From positions 20,619 to 84,618 of the forward strand of contig JAOAAK010000041.1 of the NCBI GenBank assembly GCA_026418905.1: DNA of 64,000 nt. The letters run 5' to 3'. Each line of letters starts with the position of its first letter. Position 1 is the first letter of the stretch. The translations under genes and the position numbers were made by a program. This stretch comes from Bacteroidales bacterium (GTDB lineage: Bacteria; Bacteroidota; Bacteroidia; Bacteroidales; DTU049). Below are positions 59,056 to 64,000 of this stretch, one piece after another. The notes under the pieces were generated by a model that had not been told where the DNA came from, searched no databases, and saw nothing but the letters and a program-made list of their open reading frames with translations.

Positions 59056-61194
59056 ATGGGAAAGAAAATTCTTTTCTTTTTATGGATATCTGTATGTGAT
59101 TTCTTTTTCATTTATGCCGATGAGGGAATGTGGTTGCCTCTCTATCTCTCAAGTTTAGGAGATAGCACCCTTCAAACTTATGGTTTTCGTATTTCTGCAG
59201 AAGAGATTTATTCAGTTAATAAAGGAAGCCTAAAAGATGCTGTTGTCATGTTTGGAAGGGGATGTACGGGTGTTTTTGTAAGTCAAGAAGGACTGCTGAT
59301 GACGAATCATCACTGTGCTCAAGGCACTATTCAACGGCTTAGTACCGTTGAGAACGATTACTTAAAATATGGGTATTGGGCTAAAAATAGAGATGAAGAA
59401 TTACCTTGCAATGGCCTTACCATAACTAGGTTAGTACGAATGGAAGATGTAACAGCAGAAATTTTTCATCAATTACCTTCGAATTTAACAGAGGAAGAAA
59501 AAAGTCAATACTTAGAAACTAAGATAAAGTCTATTATTCAGCGTGCTGTGCGAAACACGCATTATCAAGCACAAGTCAAATCATTCTATTACGGCAATCA
59601 ATACGTTTTGATGGTTTACGAAGTGTTTCGAGATGTCAGATTGGTTGGGGCACCACCCACTTTCATAGGATCTTTTGGTGGCGACGAGGACAACTGGGTT
59701 TGGCCAAGACACAGTGGTGATTTTGCTATATTTCGGGTCTATGCAGACAACAATAATAAGCCAGCATCTTTCCATAAAAATAACAAGCCATATCAACCTC
59801 TTTATGTACCTCCTATTTCTCTGAAAGGTGTTCGAGAAAACGATTTTGTTTTTGTTTATGGTTTTCCCGGAAAAACTCAGCATTTTCTCACCGATGACGG
59901 AATAAGTCTTGTTGTTAAAGGAAAGAACCCTGTAGCCGTGAGGATAAGACGTAAAAAAATGGATGTTTTGCGTGAATTTATGGAAAAAAACGATACATTA
60001 AGAATTTTGTATACTAACATTTATGCAGGTATCGCCAATTACTGGAAAAAAATGGATGGAGAATCTTGGGGCGTCAAAAAATCAAATGCCATCGAACTTA
60101 GAAAACAAGAAATAAATCAGATGATTCAAAATATACAAGATCCCGCTTTAAAAACATACTACCTTAAACTCAGGGATACCATACAAAACTATTATAAGAG
60201 ATATTATAATTATGCTGTTGCAGAGACCTATCTGCTTGAAGGTTGGTTTAGCCTTGGTGTGATACAATATGCTATGAAATGGCTCGAAATCTATGACTCG
60301 CTTCAGCGTGATATTTCTCCGTCCTCATTGCAAAACAAAATTTTGTCTTCATTAGATGAGTTTACTAAGAATTATCATTTAGATGTAGAGAAAAGACAAT
60401 TGATGGCTTTGTTGGATGAGATCAAAAGCTTTTTTAATTTTAGCCATGAGATTCCCGACGGATGGAGAAAACTGATCTTAAGTAATAATAATGAATTTGA
60501 GAAAATTTTCGATCATTCTGTATTGTTTTCTAGTAAAAAGATCGTGAAACTTTTCAAAAATTCTCCCACTAAAATTAAGAAAAAACTCAAAGCAGATGAA
60601 TTCTTCACTCTTGTTCATGAAATGTATCAATTATTTTTTACTATGAATGATTCGATTGATTTTTACGAAAACAAATTATATGATGCTTATTCCCGTTGGG
60701 TTCGCTTGTACTTTTTAGCTGGCGACAAGAACAAGTTATACCCTGATGCGAACAGTACTATGCGGGTAGCGTGGGGACGGGTCCAAGGGTACGAACCGCG
60801 AGATGCTGTTACTTATCTTTATTATACTACACCTGATGGGATTTTCCAAAAAACACTAAGCGGAATCAAAGAATATGAGGTCGACACAACATTTTATCGA
60901 TTATTGAAATCGCGCGATTATGGGGAATATGCTGACCAAAGCGGTGAGCTTCGTTTATGCTTTCGCTCCAACACACACACTACTGGTGGTAACAGCGGAA
61001 GCCCTGTCTTTAATGCTTATGGTGAGCTCGTTGGCTTAAACTTCGATCGTGCATGGGAAGGAACCATGAGCGATCTTTATTACGACTCCTCGATCTGTGG
61101 TAATGTAGTGGTTGATATTCGTTATTGCTTGTGGGTCATCGACAAATATGCCAACGCTGACTATATACTTAAAGAAATGCAGCTTATTCGATAA
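59056..61194 (+). CDS. S46 family dipeptidyl-peptidase (DPP7/DPP11-like)
   Basis: 'ADEGMWLP', 'GCTGVFVSQEGLLMTNHHCA' (His), 'GGNSGSPVFN' (Ser). The GTG extension at 59020 was trimmed to ATG 59056, which gives a signal peptide. Confidence 0.85.
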   Translation: MGKKILFFLWISVCDFFFIYADEGMWLPLYLSSLGDSTLQTYGFRISAEEIYSVNKGSLKDAVVMFGRGCTGVFVSQEGLLMTNHHCAQGTIQRLSTVENDYLKYGYWAKNRDEELPCNGLTITRLVRMEDVTAEIFHQLPSNLTEEEKSQYLETKIKSIIQRAVRNTHYQAQVKSFYYGNQYVLMVYEVFRDVRLVGAPPTFIGSFGGDEDNWVWPRHSGDFAIFRVYADNNNKPASFHKNNKPYQPLYVPPISLKGVRENDFVFVYGFPGKTQHFLTDDGISLVVKGKNPVAVRIRRKKMDVLREFMEKNDTLRILYTNIYAGIANYWKKMDGESWGVKKSNAIELRKQEINQMIQNIQDPALKTYYLKLRDTIQNYYKRYYNYAVAETYLLEGWFSLGVIQYAMKWLEIYDSLQRDISPSSLQNKILSSLDEFTKNYHLDVEKRQLMALLDEIKSFFNFSHEIPDGWRKLILSNNNEFEKIFDHSVLFSSKKIVKLFKNSPTKIKKKLKADEFFTLVHEMYQLFFTMNDSIDFYENKLYDAYSRWVRLYFLAGDKNKLYPDANSTMRVAWGRVQGYEPRDAVTYLYYTTPDGIFQKTLSGIKEYEVDTTFYRLLKSRDYGEYADQSGELRLCFRSNTHTTGGNSGSPVFNAYGELVGLNFDRAWEGTMSDLYYDSSICGNVVVDIRYCLWVIDKYANADYILKEMQLIR

Positions 61195-61197
61195 AAG

Positions 61198-61635
61198 TTA
61201 TTCCCAATAAAGTAAAATTTTTTGACAATAAAAATCTTTTTTAGCTGGGCAGTAAAAGACTACTTTAAAATCAGGTGTAATATATATAAAATCATCCTCT
61301 TCTTCTTCGTCAGGCCTACCGAAAATGTCTATAATTTCATCGATATGCTTATCAAGCAAATTTGTTTTTGGATCATCTATACGGTATGCATCTAACCATT
61401 CGAATGTGTAGCGGACTCTTTTATCGTTTCCTAAAAAAATAGTTTCCACCTTTTCGGTTTCACGATCGAAGCTTATGGAGAGAATATCAATGTTATAATA
61501 CTGATAATAATAAACAAAAAAATGATTTTCAGGGTTATCATACACAGAATCTGGAAAACCAATGTATTTTTCTACTTCTGTTACTCGGTCACCTTGCACC
61601 AAACCTAAAAACCTATCAAAATCTCTTAATCTCAT
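61198..61635 (-). CDS. Hypothetical cytoplasmic protein
   Basis: 145-aa ORF with no signal peptide and an acidic patch 'RPDEEEEDD'. No motif recognised. Confidence 0.4.
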   Translation of the reverse strand: MRLRDFDRFLGLVQGDRVTEVEKYIGFPDSVYDNPENHFFVYYYQYYNIDILSISFDRETEKVETIFLGNDKRVRYTFEWLDAYRIDDPKTNLLDKHIDEIIDIFGRPDEEEEDDFIYITPDFKVVFYCPAKKDFYCQKILLYWE

Positions 61636-61728
61636 GGTGCAAATTTATTTAAATTTTCGAGAATAAAAATTATTTATAACGATCTTTTGTAGTGAGAAAA
61701 AAAATCTTCATGTGTGCCCATTTCTGTT

Positions 61729-63009
61729 TTAGAAAGACACGCCAGAATAAATATACCAGGATGGTTGGCCGAGTTGTTTTTGAGTTGTAATGGCATAGTC
61801 AATCGAAAGAATAAGTTTTTTGTTCAACACGAAGTATATTCCTGTTCCAAAACCAAACGCTATTTTGCCATCAGGTTTATCGTTGATTAAATGAGGAAAT
61901 CCACTCAGTGGAGAATTTTGGAGAGGGAAAAAACGTACAATTTTACCCGCATCCATAAATGTTTTGCCTACCATGGTAAGAGCAAGTTTTTTTATTCTGA
62001 AATTAAAAGTATTTAATCTAGATTCTACATTGCCATAGACTATGCCGGGAGCGATGATTCTATTTTTTATGATGCCTCTTATGGAGCGAAATCCTCCGAG
62101 CCCCTCATGAAACGGGCAAGTAACTTGCGTAGTCGATAGATAACTTAAAAAATAAAAGGGTGGCATGTGTAGGTAATGATCCTGGTATGCCATTCTTATT
62201 GCAAACACGAGTTTTTCCTTAAAGAAGGGAACAAACCCTTTGACTAACATATTGTATCTCAGAAAAACATTACTTCTATAGGGTAATCCTCCAGAAAAAA
62301 AACTTTCAACATACATCCCTTTTGTTGGATAAAATAATGAATTTCTCGTGTCAAACGTGATTCCTCCACGTAGTAGATATATGTTACCGCCCTTTTTGTC
62401 CGTGTCTGAGATGTTACCAGTAGATACATAATAGTCATAGAGAGTAAGAGTGTCGGGGACTAAAATTTTTCCGTTTAAAAATTTCTGGTTTTTAAGGCTT
62501 CGGATTATATAGGAATACATGTGAAAACCTGAAAAAAAAGTCAAATGAGGGAAAAAAGCTGGCTTGAATACGTCTGTCGTAATTCTGTATGTAGTCCTTT
62601 CCATTTTATAAAATGCAAATGAGATATATTGAGCAGACGAGGATAGCTCATATCCCTCATGGTACTGTGTTTGAGATCCGTTGAATCCATAGAAGTCACT
62701 CATTAATTCATGCATTGATGAAACCTCCCCCATCAAACGTATTTTAGAAAAAGCCTTGTATGTATCATATAGTAACTGAAACACATGAGTTTTTGTGCTT
62801 GTTATGCTTGTTTCGAGTGTTGCATACCAGGAAAGGGATGAATCCATTATGTTTTTTCTATAGTAGTATTGCATGACCCCAGTTCGAAGTTTTACGTCAG
62901 CATCATAGGTCAGAATGGGAAAAAGGTAATATTCATATTTTTTTTGAGAAAAAATTGGATACTTTACTATGAATAATAAGAACAAAACAAATACATTTCG
63001 TTTTCTCAT
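61729..63009 (-). CDS. Omp85/surface-antigen-family outer-membrane beta-barrel protein (no POTRA region evident)
   Basis: Signal peptide after trimming to ATG 63009. 'FDTRNSLFYPTKGMY', 'LGGFRSIRGI', and a terminal '..YIYSGVSF' with C-terminal Phe. Confidence 0.55.
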   Translation of the reverse strand: MRKRNVFVLFLLFIVKYPIFSQKKYEYYLFPILTYDADVKLRTGVMQYYYRKNIMDSSLSWYATLETSITSTKTHVFQLLYDTYKAFSKIRLMGEVSSMHELMSDFYGFNGSQTQYHEGYELSSSAQYISFAFYKMERTTYRITTDVFKPAFFPHLTFFSGFHMYSYIIRSLKNQKFLNGKILVPDTLTLYDYYVSTGNISDTDKKGGNIYLLRGGITFDTRNSLFYPTKGMYVESFFSGGLPYRSNVFLRYNMLVKGFVPFFKEKLVFAIRMAYQDHYLHMPPFYFLSYLSTTQVTCPFHEGLGGFRSIRGIIKNRIIAPGIVYGNVESRLNTFNFRIKKLALTMVGKTFMDAGKIVRFFPLQNSPLSGFPHLINDKPDGKIAFGFGTGIYFVLNKKLILSIDYAITTQKQLGQPSWYIYSGVSF

Positions 63010-63164
63010 CGACGTCAAAAATACAAAAATAATTTTACAATGCATTGAAAGACAATTCGTTTTGATAATTTTGAAATCTATGTTAACCATTTGTTAACCT
63101 TCGAAAAACTAAAAAACATGTTGCAACATAAGTAATTCATTAATTTTGTATAAAATCGTCAAGT

Positions 63165-64000
63165 ATGCGTAAAATTTTAGTTGTTGCTTTATTTTTCTGG
63201 GCCTTCCAATTTTGGAGCCAGAATAATGTTGGTATTGGGACTACAACTCCACACGCTAGCGCCTTGTTGGATTTGACAGCAACCGATAAAGGGATTCTCA
63301 TCCCGAGGGTGGCACTCGTAGCTGCAAACAATGGAACGACCCCTGTCAATGGTCCAGCGACAGGTTTGCTAGTATACAACACAGGAACAGGTGGTCTAAC
63401 TCCTGCGGGCTTTTATTATTGGAATGGGACTCAATGGGTGCAAATAGGGGCAGGAAGTGGAAGTACTTGTGTTACTTTGGATCAGGCATACAATTGTGGT
63501 GGAAATGGGGCAGGGCGAAACATCAACGCCCAATATGGGGCAGTTACTATAAACGTAGCTTCCGGTGCTTCTTCTAGTGAGGGTTTAAGAGTGACCATAG
63601 CCAATGGGACGTCCAGTTCGCCGACCGTAGGGGTTGATGTGACCCATAGTAATCAAGGTGCTGCCATTTATGGTGAAACCACATTAGCAGGTAATATGTA
63701 CTCAGCTATTCAAGGGTCATCTGGAGCAAATAATACGAGTACTACCACGTTTCCATCTGGTGTGGCTGGATATTTCAGTGGAGTTGGAATTGGAGTGGGT
63801 GTTTGGGGACAAACAAGCGCTAATATTTCAGGTGCTGGAACGGGTGCTGGTGTTTATGGGTATGGAGGTGGCAATAAGAACTTTGGTGGAAAGTTTTACT
63901 CAACCCAGTATCCCGGAGCCAATATGGAAACTGGTAATGCTTCGTCAGCTGCTGCCCAAGTGGTTTCTTCAGGTGCTTCATATACCAACTGGGGTTTGTT
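63165..64000 (+). CDS. Secreted Gly/Ser/Thr-rich surface protein, 3'-truncated by the window edge, missing from the ORF track
   Basis: Hand translation from ATG 63165: 'MRKILVVALFFWAFQFWSQNNVGIGTTTPHASALLDLTATDKGILIPRVAL..GFYYWNGTQWVQIG..'. It stays open to 64000. The N-terminal module is shared with the 53436..55301 protein. Confidence 0.7.
   Translation, partial: MRKILVVALFFWAFQFWSQNNVGIGTTTPHASALLDLTATDKGILIPRVALVAANNGTTPVNGPATGLLVYNTGTGGLTPAGFYYWNGTQWVQIGAGSGSTCVTLDQAYNCGGNGAGRNINAQYGAVTINVASGASSSEGLRVTIANGTSSSPTVGVDVTHSNQGAAIYGETTLAGNMYSAIQGSSGANNTSTTTFPSGVAGYFSGVGIGVGVWGQTSANISGAGTGAGVYGYGGGNKNFGGKFYSTQYPGANMETGNASSAAAQVVSSGASYTNWGL

Noticed and set aside
63140-63382. 80-aa minus-strand ORF from the track.
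   Set aside because: It is antisense to the much longer plus-strand ORF starting at 63165, which has a signal peptide and strong similarity to the N-terminus of the 53436..55301 protein.

Overview
AT-rich, gene-dense chromosomal segment that reads like a free-living Bacteroidota genome (Flavobacteriia/Cytophagia-like). This placement rests on several points: T9SS C-terminal sorting domains of type A and type B, a DUF5103/T9SS-plug-like gene, TAnnTTTG -7 promoter boxes with short leaders, a complete nqrABCDEF operon, rplM-rpsI-rpsB-tsf, gyrB and a split transketolase. I call about 58 protein-coding genes. One of them, at the 3' window edge, is missing from the ORF track. I could not recognise any rRNA, tRNA, CRISPR array, transposase or integrase by eye. 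Several ORF-track starts are TTG/GTG extensions, and I trimmed these to downstream ATGs with signal peptides or conserved N-termini. Most of the window is housekeeping. The items most worth a second look are: (1) a five-gene HdrC/HdrB/HdrA-like + ferredoxin + membrane-anchored HdrE::HdrD-like fusion operon (47.2-52.1 kb) with no sulfur-carrier or lipoate genes in view and no obvious substrate; (2) a 17-codon Trp-rich leader peptide with promoter box, terminator and alternative helix upstream of a solitary trpB; (3) an ECF sigma factor followed by an anti-sigma-like membrane protein that ends in a T9SS type-B sorting domain; (4) a HAL/PAL-family lyase whose MIO triad is Ala-Cys-Gly rather than Ala-Ser-Gly; (5) two surface proteins sharing a conserved N-terminal module, one with DUF2341/LamG-like and tail-fibre S74 autochaperone regions. 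All functional calls come from motif recognition by eye. No database search was run.
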